From: an uncultured Acidobacteriota bacterium
GTDB taxonomy: Bacteria > Acidobacteriota > Polarisedimenticolia > Polarisedimenticolales > DASRJG01
Length of the DNA: 64,000 nucleotides
Assembly: GCA_964619965.1 (NCBI GenBank)
Contig: CAZUGP010000058.1
Span: 5,198-69,197, forward strand
Direction: 5' to 3'
In this document: piece by piece, positions 51,806 through 61,873 of the stretch
Position numbering within the stretch: position 1 is the stretch's first letter
Layout of the letters: each line of letters starts with the position of its first letter
Notes under the pieces: model-generated
What the model was told of the DNA's origin: nothing
The model's input: the letters and a program-made list of their open reading frames with translations, nothing else
The model's database searches: none
Position numbers and translations under genes: made by a program

Positions 51806-52837
51806 TTGCGCGCCGTCGTCATCCGCGAACACGGTGGTCCGGAGGTTCTAAAGTTCGAGGAACGGCCCGAGCCGATGCCCGGGTTTCGGGAAGTTCGCAT
51901 CCGGGTCCGTGCGGTCGGCCTCAACCATCTCGATCTCTGGGTGAGAAACGGCGTGCCGGGGCACGCGTTTCCGCTCCCGATCGTCCCCGGGTGCGACATA
52001 GCGGGTGTGGTCGATGCGCTCGGACCGGGGGCTTCGGGAGTTGCCGCCGGCGACGAGGTCGTCGTGGCGCCGGGCCTCTCCTGCGGCCGCTGTCCCGTCT
52101 GTCGCGCGGGGAAGGACGCCCTCTGCCGGACCTACGGCATCCTCGGCGAGTCGCGGGACGGCGGTTGCCAGGAGTGCCTTGTCGTTCCCGACGAGGGTGT
52201 CGTCCCGAAACCGGCCGGCCTCGATTGGACACAAGCCGCCGCGGTCCCACTGACGTTTCTCACCGCATGGCACATGCTGAAGGCGCGTGCCTGCCTGGAA
52301 CCGGGAGAACGGGTGCTCGTTCACGCCGCGGGATCCGGCGTCTCGGTAGCGGCGATCCAGATCGCGACGTTTCTCGGGGCGCGGGTCATCACGACAGCCG
52401 GGAGCGATGAGAAGTGCTCGCGCGGGGTAGCGCTCGGGGCGGAGGAGGCGGTCAACTATCGCACCGCGGATTTCGCGAAAGAGGTCCGGCGTTTTTCGGG
52501 CGGGCGCGGCGTCGATGTCGTGGTCGATCACGTCGGGGTCGACACATTCGATCGGTCCCTTCGCTGTCTCGCCAAAGGCGGCCGCTACGTCACGTGCGGC
52601 GCAACGTCCGGTTTCGAATTGAAGTCTGACTTCCGGCTCGTATTCTTCAAGAGCTTATCCATCCTGGGGTCCACCATGGGCGCCGCCCACGAGCTTGCGA
52701 CCGTCCTCTCCCTCGTCGCTTCGGGGCGCCTCCGCCCGGTCATCGACCGGGTGTTCCCGCTCGAGCAGGTCGCGGAGGCCCACCGGCGCCTCGCGGCTCG
52801 CGACGCGTTCGGAAAGGTCGTTCTCACGGTTCCGTGA
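51806..52837 (+). CDS. zinc-type alcohol dehydrogenase / quinone oxidoreductase (MDR family)
   Basis: TTG start 1 nt after the ALDH stop. GVNHLDLWVRNG, CGRCPVCRAG structural-zinc-like block, GAGSGVS Rossmann motif. Confidence 0.88.
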   Translation: MRAVVIREHGGPEVLKFEERPEPMPGFREVRIRVRAVGLNHLDLWVRNGVPGHAFPLPIVPGCDIAGVVDALGPGASGVAAGDEVVVAPGLSCGRCPVCRAGKDALCRTYGILGESRDGGCQECLVVPDEGVVPKPAGLDWTQAAAVPLTFLTAWHMLKARACLEPGERVLVHAAGSGVSVAAIQIATFLGARVITTAGSDEKCSRGVALGAEEAVNYRTADFAKEVRRFSGGRGVDVVVDHVGVDTFDRSLRCLAKGGRYVTCGATSGFELKSDFRLVFFKSLSILGSTMGAAHELATVLSLVASGRLRPVIDRVFPLEQVAEAHRRLAARDAFGKVVLTVP

Positions 52838-52899
52838 GGCTCGGGCGTTTGTGGTGCCTCGACACGGTAGTATGGGCCCGCAAGTGAGGTGGCGGCGCC

Positions 52900-53277
52900 A
52901 TGGCAGGTGAGAGAATCCTCGTCGTCGATGACGAGGCCGAGATCGTCGAGCTTCTCCGAGACGTGCTGAGCGCTGAGGGCTACGTCGTGGACGCAGCCCG
53001 AGATGCCGCCTCGTCGCTTCAGCTCATCCGCGAGAACATCTACGAGGTCGCCCTACTCGATTTCAATCTGCCCGACATGGACGGCGTGATGCTGCACCAC
53101 CAGATTCGCCAGATGGACGCCGAGCTCGCGTCGCGGACGATCTTCATGTCGGGCCTGCTGCAATCGGACGGAAATCTTGGCTATTACATGTCGCAGAGCG
53201 GAGGGTTCCTTGCGAAGCCCTTCGACATCCGCGACGTCCTTCGCCAGGTGCGCGCCGTGCTCGGCGACGGATCGTAA
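52900..53277 (+). CDS. single-domain response regulator (CheY-like receiver)
   Basis: ILVVDDE, LLDFNLPDMDG (phospho-acceptor Asp), FMSG, AKPF. Confidence 0.88.
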   Translation: MAGERILVVDDEAEIVELLRDVLSAEGYVVDAARDAASSLQLIRENIYEVALLDFNLPDMDGVMLHHQIRQMDAELASRTIFMSGLLQSDGNLGYYMSQSGGFLAKPFDIRDVLRQVRAVLGDGS

Positions 53278-53288
53278 ACAGGCTCGCG

Positions 53289-53792
53289 CTACGCCGGCGT
53301 CCCGGAAGCGCGCCGGCGCCCGGAAACCGGCCGTCGTGCGGGACGAAACATCTTCCCAATGGCGACATTGATCGGATTGGCGCGCGGCAAGAAGGAGAGC
53401 GGAGGACGCTTGCGCCAGCCCATGAGCCCGAGCTCGCGAACGATGTCGGGGTGATTCCTCTGCACCGAGAGGCCCTTGACGAAAGCCGCGAACGCCTCTT
53501 TCCGGCGGTCCGACAAGAGCAGGACGCGCCCGTAGTTCCAGAACAGATCCGCGTTGAAGAACTCGAGAGCGATCGCCTGGCGGCAGAGTTCCGTGCCCTC
53601 GCGCACCCGGTTCCCGTCCCGCGCGAGGCAGAAACCGTAGTAAGAGAGGTAGCGTGCCTGCGGTGCGCCCGCGCCGAGGCGTTTTCCGAGCGCAAGCGCC
53701 GCCTCGAACAGCGCGAGTGCCTCGAGGCTGCGCCCGTCGTTCAGCGCCACGAGGCCGCGCTGGAACCTCGTCTCCGCCGCCTGGACAAGCAT
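53289..53792 (-). CDS. TPR-like repeat protein
   Basis: Start MLVQAAETRF preceded by AAGGAGGA. Helical repeat pattern (EALALFEAALALGKRL..., RKEAFAAFVKGLSVQRNHPD). Confidence 0.65.
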   Translation of the reverse strand: MLVQAAETRFQRGLVALNDGRSLEALALFEAALALGKRLGAGAPQARYLSYYGFCLARDGNRVREGTELCRQAIALEFFNADLFWNYGRVLLLSDRRKEAFAAFVKGLSVQRNHPDIVRELGLMGWRKRPPLSFLPRANPINVAIGKMFRPARRPVSGRRRASGTPA

Positions 53793-53897
53793 CGATCCTC
53801 CTTGCGTGACCTTGGAGGAGTATCGAGTCGGAAGGGCCCCGCGGGCCAGTCCTCGTTTCGTGAGGTCGATCACGGGAACGTAAAGTGGCGGAAAAAG

Positions 53898-55808
53898 CTA
53901 TCCGTTGACACCGTCGACGATCGGCTGGTTGATCTCGATGGTGTGCTTCTCGCGCAGGTTCTCGAGGAGGCCCCGCATCAATTGGTTACGGCGTTCCTCC
54001 AACAACTGGTCGCGCAGCGCCGCCTTGTCCGCCTCGAACCTCTTCGGGTCGAACGCATCGTGCCGCGTGATCTCGTAGGCGATCGCGCCGCCGGGCGCGG
54101 CTGCCGATCCCTTGGTGCCGATCGTGCTTCCCGCGCCGAAGAGCGCTGCGTCGAGTTCCGGGACGCGGCCGACCCCGGGAAGATCGACGCCCGCCGAGAG
54201 GTCGCCGCTCTTCTTGACGTCGAGCTTCATCGGCTTCGCTCCTTCGGCCAACGTGGAGCCGGCCGCGATTCGGCGCGCCACGAGGACCGCGGCCTGCCGT
54301 CCCCGCTCGTTCAGCAGGTCCTTCCTGACCTGGCTTTCGACTTCCACGAGCGGACGCACCGCGGATGGGACGATCTCGGTGCACGCGACGACGGCGAGAC
54401 CGCGTGCGACACCCAACGGTGATGACACCTGGCCCGGTTGCATGGATGAGACGACGCCGGTGAACTCTGGGGAGGGGCCGAGGTCGGACGCGAGGTCGTC
54501 GCTGGACACGAGGCGCTCCTCGATCTTGAGCCCGGCCTTCGTCGCGACCGCGTCTAGGTCCTCAGGCTTCTTGATCTCGCTAGCGATCCGTTGTGCCTCA
54601 GCAGAGGCCAAATCCTGGGCTCTTTTGAGCTCGAGACGACGGCGGATGGCGTCTTTTACTTCGGCCAACGGGGTCGTTCCCGCGGCGCGCGCCTCCTCGA
54701 CCCGAAGGACGTGGAACCCGTATTCCGTCTCGACGACCGGAGCGAGCTGCCCGGGGGGAGTCGCGAAGGCGGCGTCGTCGAACGGTTTCACCATCGCGCC
54801 GCGGCCGAACCAGCCGAGATCGCCCCCTTGCGCGGCCGAGACCGTGTCTTGCGATAGCGAGCGCGCGAGTCCGGCGAAATCCTCGCCTTTCTGGGCACGG
54901 GCCAAAACCGACGTGGCGAGGTCGCGGACAGAAGCTTTGTCGGCCGCGCTCGTTCCCGAGGGGAGCTTGAAGAGGACGTGACGCACCCGGCGCTGCTCCG
55001 GCCGTGTGTACTCGGACGTATGGCCGTCGTAGTCGGCCTTGACATCCGCGTCCGAGACGTTCGTTTTCGCGACTTGCGATTGGCGATCGATCACGACGAG
55101 ACGGACCCGGCGGGCCTCCGACCTCTTGTAATCACCCTGGTGCGACGTGTACCACGCCTGCAGGGCGGCGTCGTCGACGCTCGTGTCGGAGGGTACGGAC
55201 GACGACGGGACGAAGACGTAGTCGGCCGCAGCGCGTACGTTGCGCGAGCGCCACGCCTGCTCGATCTCCGCATCCGAGGTGCGCGCCGAGGCGGTCATCA
55301 CCGCGAGCCACTGCTTCGCCAGGATGTCGTCGGCGAGTCGGCGCTCGAACCCTTCGACGCCTCCCTCGAAGCTCTGACCGATGAAGTCCGCGTACCTTTC
55401 CTTGCCGACGAAGTTACCGGACGGGTCCTTGAAATTGGGATTCTCCAGGATGGCCTTGGAGATGGCGCTCTTCGTCGCGACGAGGCCGAGGGAGCGCGCC
55501 TCCGTCAGGACGAGCCGGCGATCCACCAAGCTCTGGATCGCCTGCGAGCCGAGTCTCAGATTCTTCTTCATGGGCTCGAACTGCTCTCCGAGCATCTTTC
55601 GATAGTAGTCGTCCTGGGTGCGAGCGAGCTCCATGAACTCTTGGGTGGAGATCGACTGACCGTCAACGCGCGCCGCCCATTCGGACGACATGTCGCCGCG
55701 CGTCGCCCGTGGGTCGAAGTAGGAGCCCAAGTACATCAGCATGGCGAGGGCGACGACGACGAGCACCCACTTGAGGTGCTTCAGATTGTCGCGCATGACG
55801 TTGAGCAT
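53898..55808 (-). CDS. ppiD: periplasmic chaperone / peptidyl-prolyl isomerase PpiD-like
   Basis: Start MLNVMRDNLKHLKWVLVVVALAMLMY (N-terminal anchor), SurA-N-like region, and a parvulin block (ARSLSQDTVSAAQGGDLGWFGRGAMVKPFDDAAF). Confidence 0.85.
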   Translation of the reverse strand: MLNVMRDNLKHLKWVLVVVALAMLMYLGSYFDPRATRGDMSSEWAARVDGQSISTQEFMELARTQDDYYRKMLGEQFEPMKKNLRLGSQAIQSLVDRRLVLTEARSLGLVATKSAISKAILENPNFKDPSGNFVGKERYADFIGQSFEGGVEGFERRLADDILAKQWLAVMTASARTSDAEIEQAWRSRNVRAAADYVFVPSSSVPSDTSVDDAALQAWYTSHQGDYKRSEARRVRLVVIDRQSQVAKTNVSDADVKADYDGHTSEYTRPEQRRVRHVLFKLPSGTSAADKASVRDLATSVLARAQKGEDFAGLARSLSQDTVSAAQGGDLGWFGRGAMVKPFDDAAFATPPGQLAPVVETEYGFHVLRVEEARAAGTTPLAEVKDAIRRRLELKRAQDLASAEAQRIASEIKKPEDLDAVATKAGLKIEERLVSSDDLASDLGPSPEFTGVVSSMQPGQVSSPLGVARGLAVVACTEIVPSAVRPLVEVESQVRKDLLNERGRQAAVLVARRIAAGSTLAEGAKPMKLDVKKSGDLSAGVDLPGVGRVPELDAALFGAGSTIGTKGSAAAPGGAIAYEITRHDAFDPKRFEADKAALRDQLLEERRNQLMRGLLENLREKHTIEINQPIVDGVNG

Positions 55809-55996
55809 GGACGTTTCTCCGGTGACGCGTCGGGCAAAGCACGAATGGTAGTCCAGCGTGGGGTGCGTCATCAACACGGAGGAGGCTCAGAAGGTGCGCG
55901 GGGCCCGCCTTCGGTGGTTTCGGGCGGGAGCGCGTGTTAGATTCGCGCCGACCCGGGCAGGCAGGCTGCCGACCCCGGCGGAGGACGGTCCCCCGC

Positions 55997-57451
55997 ATGC
56001 CCGTAGAACCACAAAGGCCCAGGGTCCTTCTCGACTGGTTCACCGTCAGCTACCGCAGCGTCGCGGCCGGGGTCGTCCTGTTGATCGTCGCGCTCCTCGC
56101 CGTAGGCTGGTACCTCTTCTTCTTCGCGCCGAGCAAGCCCCGCCAGGAGGCGCAGGAGGCGATCGTCCGCGCGGAGAAGCGTCTGGCGGAAGCGTCGCGC
56201 TATGCGGGCGCCGACCACCTCGACGAGGTCCGCGGGAGCGCCCGGTCCGCCCTCGCGGAAGGGCGCGACGCATTCCAGCGTAGCCAGTACGACGACGCCC
56301 GTGTCGCAGCGATCCGGTCGGAGAACTTCTCCCAAAAGGCGATCGACATGGCACGGGGGGAGGGAACGGCGTCGAAGGAAGTCCAGATCTACAAGATGGA
56401 GGGGGACGTCCGCGTGAAGCGCGCGGGGGAATTCAACTGGGAGTCGGCGGATCGCAAAATGGTCCTGCAGGTCGGGGACCAATTGAAAACCGCCGGGTCG
56501 GGCTCGGTCCAACTCATCTACTTCGATGGGACGCTGACGACGATCACCCCCGGGTCGCTCTTGGAGATCCGGGAAATCCACGAAGACCCGACGACGAAGG
56601 TGAGACGCGTCAGCGAGAAGTTGAACTGGGGCGAGGCTTTGGCCTCGACGCAGAAGAAGAACGTCGATGGGTCGTTTCACGAGGTCGCGACCTCGAACGT
56701 GTCCGCGCGCTCCGAAGAAGCCGGCGAGTTTCGTGTCGTGTCCGACAAGGAATCGCAAGCGGCGGCCGTCGATGTTTTTCGAGGACGCGTGCAGATCGCT
56801 TCGGGAGGGCGCGTCGAACGTCTCGAGCCGGGAGAGCGGATTCGAGCCGACGCGTCCGGTCAGCTCCAGGCGAAGGAGATCCTGCCCGCGGTCCCGCGCC
56901 TCGTCGCCCCCGCCGATCAGAAGATCTTCGTCCACGAGGATCCGTTGAAGGCGATCACCACGCTCGCGTGGGACAAGACCGCCGGCGCGGCCCGCTACCA
57001 TCTGGTGATCTCGGACCGTTCCCTCTTTACGGCCGCGCTCTATGACGCGGACCGCGCGGAAACGTCGGTTCAGCTCGACGGTATCCAGCCGGGGGCGTAC
57101 TACTGGAAGGTCGCCTCCGTCACGGCGGCGGGTGTTCGCGGCCCCTACAGCGAACCGTGGCGATTCCGGGTGACCTCGCAGAGCCTCCACGATCGGGAGG
57201 ACAGCACCCCCCCGATCCTGGAGATCACGGAGAACGTTCAGTCCGGGCCCATGCTGATCCTCAACGGACGGACCGAACCCGGGGCCCTGTTGTGGGTGGA
57301 CAACGAAAAGGTCGAGGTGACGGACAATGGGACCTTCTACGCTGTCATCCGGCTCCGCAAGGAGGGTGTCAACGAGGTCCTGCTCTTGGCCCAGGATGCG
57401 TCCGGCAACGTCAACAAGCTGACCCACCGCGCGTACGTCGATCCCTACTGA
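55997..57451 (+). CDS. membrane-anchored FecR-domain protein with C-terminal FN3/Ig-like domains
   Basis: Start MPVEPQRP, a TM segment, a FecR-like block (GDVRVKRAGEFNWESADRKMVLQVGDQLKTAGSGSVQLIYFDGTLTTITPGSLLEI), then an FN3-like block (YHLVISD...PGAYYWKVASV). Confidence 0.7.
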   Translation: MPVEPQRPRVLLDWFTVSYRSVAAGVVLLIVALLAVGWYLFFFAPSKPRQEAQEAIVRAEKRLAEASRYAGADHLDEVRGSARSALAEGRDAFQRSQYDDARVAAIRSENFSQKAIDMARGEGTASKEVQIYKMEGDVRVKRAGEFNWESADRKMVLQVGDQLKTAGSGSVQLIYFDGTLTTITPGSLLEIREIHEDPTTKVRRVSEKLNWGEALASTQKKNVDGSFHEVATSNVSARSEEAGEFRVVSDKESQAAAVDVFRGRVQIASGGRVERLEPGERIRADASGQLQAKEILPAVPRLVAPADQKIFVHEDPLKAITTLAWDKTAGAARYHLVISDRSLFTAALYDADRAETSVQLDGIQPGAYYWKVASVTAAGVRGPYSEPWRFRVTSQSLHDREDSTPPILEITENVQSGPMLILNGRTEPGALLWVDNEKVEVTDNGTFYAVIRLRKEGVNEVLLLAQDASGNVNKLTHRAYVDPY

Positions 57452-57469
57452 GATTGGCGACCGGTTTTC

Positions 57470-57499
57470 TTGCTTTTCTTCGTTTCCGGCGACTAGATT
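57470..57499 (+). promoter_or_regulatory. putative promoter of the mre operon
   Basis: TTGCTT (57470..57475), 18-nt spacer, TAGATT (57494..57499), 52 nt upstream of the mreB ATG. Confidence 0.35.
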
Positions 57500-57551
57500 A
57501 CCGATTCCAACATCGGCGCGGCCGACGCGCCGGGTATGGCGAGGCGCTCCC

Positions 57552-58583
57552 ATGTCGTTGTCTCCTTCTTCTTTCTTGTCGATGTTCTCGAACGACCTCG
57601 CGATCGACTTGGGCACGGCGAATTCGCTCGTCTACTCGAAGGGACGCGGGATCGTCGTCAGCGAGCCGTCGATCGTCGCCGTCAACCAGAAGACGGGCAA
57701 GGTCGAGGCCGTCGGCAAGGAAGCCAAGGAGATGCTCGGTCGCACACCCGGGAACATCATCGCCATCCGGCCGATGAAGGACGGCGTGATCGCGGACTTC
57801 GAGCATACCGAGCGGATGCTCTCGTATTTCATCGAGAAGGCTCACAACCGGAAGTTCGGCGTGCGGCCCCGTATCGTCATCGGCGTTCCGAGCGAGATCA
57901 CCCAGGTCGAAAAGCGCGCCGTGCGCGACTCCGCAATGCGCGCCAAGGCGACCGAGGTCTATCTCGTCGAGCAGGCGATGATGGCGGCGATCGGCGCCGG
58001 GCTACCCATCACCGAGCCCACCGGCAACATGGTCCTCGATATCGGTGGCGGCACATCGGACGTCGCCGTCATCTCGATGGCCGGCATCGTCTATGCCCGT
58101 TCCGTCCGCGTGGCCGGCAACGAAATGGACGATGCGATCATCCAGTACATCAAGCGCAAGTACAACCTCCTCATCGGTGAGCGGACCGCCGAGGAGGTCA
58201 AGATGAAGCTTGGCTCGGCGTTCCCGCTCGACGAGGAGCTCACGCTGGAGATCAAAGGGCGCGACCTGGTAGAAGGAGTCCCGAAGACGATCGTGGTCTC
58301 GGACGAGGAGATCCGCGAGTCGTTGGCCGAGACCGTCGCGACCATCATCGAGGCCGTCCGCGCGGCGCTGGAGCAAACGCCTCCGGAGCTCTCGGCGGAC
58401 ATCGTCGACCGCGGCATCGTCTTAACCGGCGGAGGGGCGCTTCTCAAGAACCTCGACAAGCGACTCCGCGAGGAGACGGGTCTCCCGGTCTCGATCGCCG
58501 ACGACCCGTTGACGTCGGTCGTGATGGGCACGGGCAAGATGCTCACCGACTTCGATCTCCTCAGGCGGGTTGCGCTCGACTAG
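57552..58583 (+). CDS. mreB: rod shape-determining protein MreB
   Basis: MFSNDLAIDLGTANSLVY...DIGGGTSDVAV... are actin-like ATPase motifs. The N-terminal extension is comparable with E. coli MLKKFRGMFSNDLSIDLG. Confidence 0.95.
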   Translation: MSLSPSSFLSMFSNDLAIDLGTANSLVYSKGRGIVVSEPSIVAVNQKTGKVEAVGKEAKEMLGRTPGNIIAIRPMKDGVIADFEHTERMLSYFIEKAHNRKFGVRPRIVIGVPSEITQVEKRAVRDSAMRAKATEVYLVEQAMMAAIGAGLPITEPTGNMVLDIGGGTSDVAVISMAGIVYARSVRVAGNEMDDAIIQYIKRKYNLLIGERTAEEVKMKLGSAFPLDEELTLEIKGRDLVEGVPKTIVVSDEEIRESLAETVATIIEAVRAALEQTPPELSADIVDRGIVLTGGGALLKNLDKRLREETGLPVSIADDPLTSVVMGTGKMLTDFDLLRRVALD

Positions 58584-58631
58584 CATGTAGCGCGCGGCGG
58601 ATTAGGTCTCCGCGCGTTCGAGGCGATCTCC

Positions 58632-59489
58632 ATGGCGGCCGTTTCTCCCGCCCGTGCCAACGCCCTCCTCCTGGGGGTCATGTCGTTCGCGCAGCTGCTG
58701 CTGATGGCTGCCTCCGTGCGCGCCGGCATGGCCGCGTCCGTGGTATCCGCCGTCGTCGGCGCCGCCTCCCGTCCCGCCGTCTCGGCCGAGCGCTCGGTCT
58801 CCGGCATCCTCGTGGACGTCGTCCACTTCTTCCGCGACGTGCACGCGGACACGGTCGAGAACGTGAAGCTCCGCCGCGAGGTCACGCGCCTTTCGGGCGA
58901 GTACGAGCGAACGCGGGAGCTCGCCCAAGAGAACACCCGGCTGCGAAGGCTGCTCGGCATGCGCGAGGATCTGGTGCCGAAGTCGATCGGCGCCTCGGTC
59001 GTGACGTCGCGCCTCGGAGGACAATCCCGCGTCATGTTGGTGGACCGCGGGGCTTCGGACGGCGTTCGTCCGGACATGGCGGTCGTCGCGTGGGGAGGAG
59101 CGGTCGGGCGCGTCGTCAGCGTCGAAAGAGGATTCGCCCGCGTCCGCCTGCTGTCCGATCCGAACAGCGGCGCGTCCGGAGTGATCGTCCGGAGCCGCGC
59201 CGAAGGGATGATCGTCGGGCGGGGCAGCGAACCCATGGAGATGATCTACGTTCCCAAGTACGCCGACGTCGTCGTGGGGGACCGCATCGTCACCTCGGGG
59301 CTCGACGGCGTCTTCCCCCGCGGGTTCGGGCTCGGTCGCGTCACTGTCATCGGGGAGCCGGTCGGAGCGAGCAAGTCGATTCGGCTGGAGTCGGAGGTCG
59401 ACGATCACTCCGTCGAGGACGTTTTGATTCTCCTCGAGCCATCGGGCACGCGATTGCTGACCACTGACGAGCCGGAGGCCGCCCCGTGA
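58632..59489 (+). CDS. mreC: rod shape-determining protein MreC
   Basis: N-terminal anchor, coiled coil (LRREVTRLSGEYERTRELAQENTRLRRLL), beta-barrel repeats (VVAWGGAVGRVVSV, DRIVTSGLDGVFPRGFGLGRV). Sits between mreB and mreD. Confidence 0.9.
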   Translation: MAAVSPARANALLLGVMSFAQLLLMAASVRAGMAASVVSAVVGAASRPAVSAERSVSGILVDVVHFFRDVHADTVENVKLRREVTRLSGEYERTRELAQENTRLRRLLGMREDLVPKSIGASVVTSRLGGQSRVMLVDRGASDGVRPDMAVVAWGGAVGRVVSVERGFARVRLLSDPNSGASGVIVRSRAEGMIVGRGSEPMEMIYVPKYADVVVGDRIVTSGLDGVFPRGFGLGRVTVIGEPVGASKSIRLESEVDDHSVEDVLILLEPSGTRLLTTDEPEAAP

Positions 59490-59992
59490 TCGTCCTGTTC
59501 GCCCTCCTGGGAATCGGACTCTCGCTCGGGTTCGAGCTGGGCGTGGGCCGCTTTGCGCCGGGAGTCACGCATTACGTCGGGTTGATGACGCTCCCACTGG
59601 CGGCCTATGCGCTTCGCACCTCCCAGCGCTCGGCCATGATGGTCGGTTGCGCGTCGGGCCTCCTCGAGGACTACTGGATCGAGCCGCGCCTCTTCGGGTT
59701 GAACGGTCTGGTGAAGACGATCCTGGGGTGGGCCCTAGGCGGCATCGGCGCCCGGTTCGACCTGAACAATTTTTGGGGACGTTGCGCGTCCGGGGCCTCG
59801 CTCCACCTCGTCGATGCGGGGCTCCAGACCGCATTGCGACGTCTGTTCGGGGAGGCCGTGGTCCCGCTGACTGCAGCCTCCCTGGGAATCCGCGCGATCG
59901 CCGGCGGGTTGCTGACGGCCGCAGTTTTGACCGTCGTGAGCAAGTTCGGGGCGAGCCGTCGCCCGACCCGACAAAAGAGCCGGAAGGCGTAA
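59486..59992 (+). CDS. mreD: rod shape-determining protein MreD
   Basis: Small polytopic membrane protein. 4-nt overlap with mreC. Canonical position. Confidence 0.8.
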   Translation: MIVLFALLGIGLSLGFELGVGRFAPGVTHYVGLMTLPLAAYALRTSQRSAMMVGCASGLLEDYWIEPRLFGLNGLVKTILGWALGGIGARFDLNNFWGRCASGASLHLVDAGLQTALRRLFGEAVVPLTAASLGIRAIAGGLLTAAVLTVVSKFGASRRPTRQKSRKA

Positions 59993-59995
59993 CCC

Positions 59996-61873
59996 ATGGA
60001 CTACCGAGAGCGCTGGGAGCTGAAGGAATACCAGAGCGAGCAGCGGCTCGGCCGTCGCGCGATGCTCCTCCACGCCGTCATCGTGATGGTGCTCGCGGGC
60101 TTTCTCGGCGTGTTCTGGTACTTGCAGATCGTCAAGGGGGGCGAGTTCGCTTTGCTCGCCGAGAACAACCGGCTCCGCCGTATCGCGCTTCCGCCAATGC
60201 GTGGGGTCGTCCTCGACCGCCGGGACGAAGTCTTGGCGTCGACGCGTCCCGCGCTGAACCTCGTGCTCGTGCGTGAAGGGCTGTCCGACGCGGAGGGGCA
60301 GCTGAAGCGTCTCGAAGGCGTCCTCGGCATCCCGTCCGTCGATTTGCAGGCGCGCCTCCTCGCGATGCGCCACCGCCCGACGTTCGAACCGCTCGTCATC
60401 AAGGAAGACGTGCATCTTGCCGAGATCGCCAAAGTCGAAGCACGCCGGGAGTGGTTCCCCTCCGTCGAGGTCGAGCAGTCGACGCTCCGCGACTACCCCG
60501 ACGGTCCGGCGGTCGCGCACGCCGTGGGCTACGTCGGCGAAGTGAACGAGGCACAGCTCGCCAAGATCGCCGACGGCTCCCTCCAGCAGGGGGACATCGT
60601 CGGCAAGACGGGCGTCGAGCGCGAGTACGACGAGATCCTGCGGGGTCGTCGCGGGTGGAAGCTCCAGACCGTCAACAGCCTCGGCCGGCCCTTTGGCGCA
60701 TCGCAGCCGGGTCGCGTTCCCGAGGATGGGCTTCCGCTTCACCTGACGATCGACAAGCGCATGCAGCGCAAGCTCGTCGAGTCGCTCGCCGACGAGGTCG
60801 GCTCGGGGATCTTCATGAACCCGAAAACGGGCGAGGTCCTGGCGCTCGCGTCGACTCCCGGCTACGACCCGAACGTGTTCACGGCGCCCGTCTCGCGCAC
60901 GACCTGGACCGCGCTGATCAGCGATCCTCGCCATCCTCTGAACGATCGGGCGATCTCGTCGTTCTACGCGCCCGGCTCGACCTTCAAAGTCCTGATGGCG
61001 ATCGTGGGATTGGAGACCGGCGCGATCACCCCTCAGACCGTGGTGTCGTGTCCCGGCTCGGTGATGATCTACAACCGGCGCTTCATGTGCTGGAAGAAAG
61101 GGGGGCACGGAACGGTCGACGTCCACCATGCGCTCGTCCATTCGTGCAACGTCTTTTACTACTTGCTCGGCAAGAAGGTCGGCATCGACGCCATCACCAA
61201 GTACGCCAAGATGTTCGGAATCGGCGAGCTCTCCGGCATCGACATTCCGGGCGAGAGCCGCGGCACTCCTCCGTCGGTGGAATGGAAGCAGCGCATCCAC
61301 AAGGAGCCTTGGTACCCGGGTGACACGATTTCGGTGTCGATCGGGCAAGGGCTTCTCGCCGTCACTCCCGTTCAGATGGCGACGATGATCTCGGCGGTCG
61401 CGAACGGCGGAACGCTCGTCCGGCCGCATTTGGCCAGAAACGCCACGTCGCGATCCGTCAAGATCCCCGTGTCCGCGTCCACTCTCGCCCTGATTCGTGA
61501 CGCGTTGGCGGACGTCGTCGAGGAAGGGACCGCGACTCGCGCGCAGCTGGGACCGATTCTCGTCGCCGGGAAAACCGGGACGGCGCAAGTGTTCAAGAGA
61601 TCCGTTGGCGTCGACGCCGACAAGCAACCGAAGAACGAGCGCGATCATGCGTGGTTCATAGGATACGCACCCGCGGAGAACCCCGAGATAGCGTTCGCGA
61701 TCGTCATCGAGCACGGTGGCCACGGCGGAACGACGGCCGCGCCCGTCGCGCGGCAGGTGCTCGAGGTCTTCTTCGAAGACAGGCTTCCCCGCCGGGACGA
61801 GGTCCCCGCGCTCCGGGCGGACCTGACCGCCCACCCCGAGGCGCAAAGTGCTGCGGCGTCGACTTCTCGATAG
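59996..61873 (+). CDS. mrdA: penicillin-binding protein 2 (elongasome transpeptidase)
   Basis: PRGVVLDRRDEVLA..., SxxK block PGSTFKV, SxN block HSCN, KTG block GKTGTAQ. Confidence 0.93.
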   Translation: MDYRERWELKEYQSEQRLGRRAMLLHAVIVMVLAGFLGVFWYLQIVKGGEFALLAENNRLRRIALPPMRGVVLDRRDEVLASTRPALNLVLVREGLSDAEGQLKRLEGVLGIPSVDLQARLLAMRHRPTFEPLVIKEDVHLAEIAKVEARREWFPSVEVEQSTLRDYPDGPAVAHAVGYVGEVNEAQLAKIADGSLQQGDIVGKTGVEREYDEILRGRRGWKLQTVNSLGRPFGASQPGRVPEDGLPLHLTIDKRMQRKLVESLADEVGSGIFMNPKTGEVLALASTPGYDPNVFTAPVSRTTWTALISDPRHPLNDRAISSFYAPGSTFKVLMAIVGLETGAITPQTVVSCPGSVMIYNRRFMCWKKGGHGTVDVHHALVHSCNVFYYLLGKKVGIDAITKYAKMFGIGELSGIDIPGESRGTPPSVEWKQRIHKEPWYPGDTISVSIGQGLLAVTPVQMATMISAVANGGTLVRPHLARNATSRSVKIPVSASTLALIRDALADVVEEGTATRAQLGPILVAGKTGTAQVFKRSVGVDADKQPKNERDHAWFIGYAPAENPEIAFAIVIEHGGHGGTTAAPVARQVLEVFFEDRLPRRDEVPALRADLTAHPEAQSAAASTSR

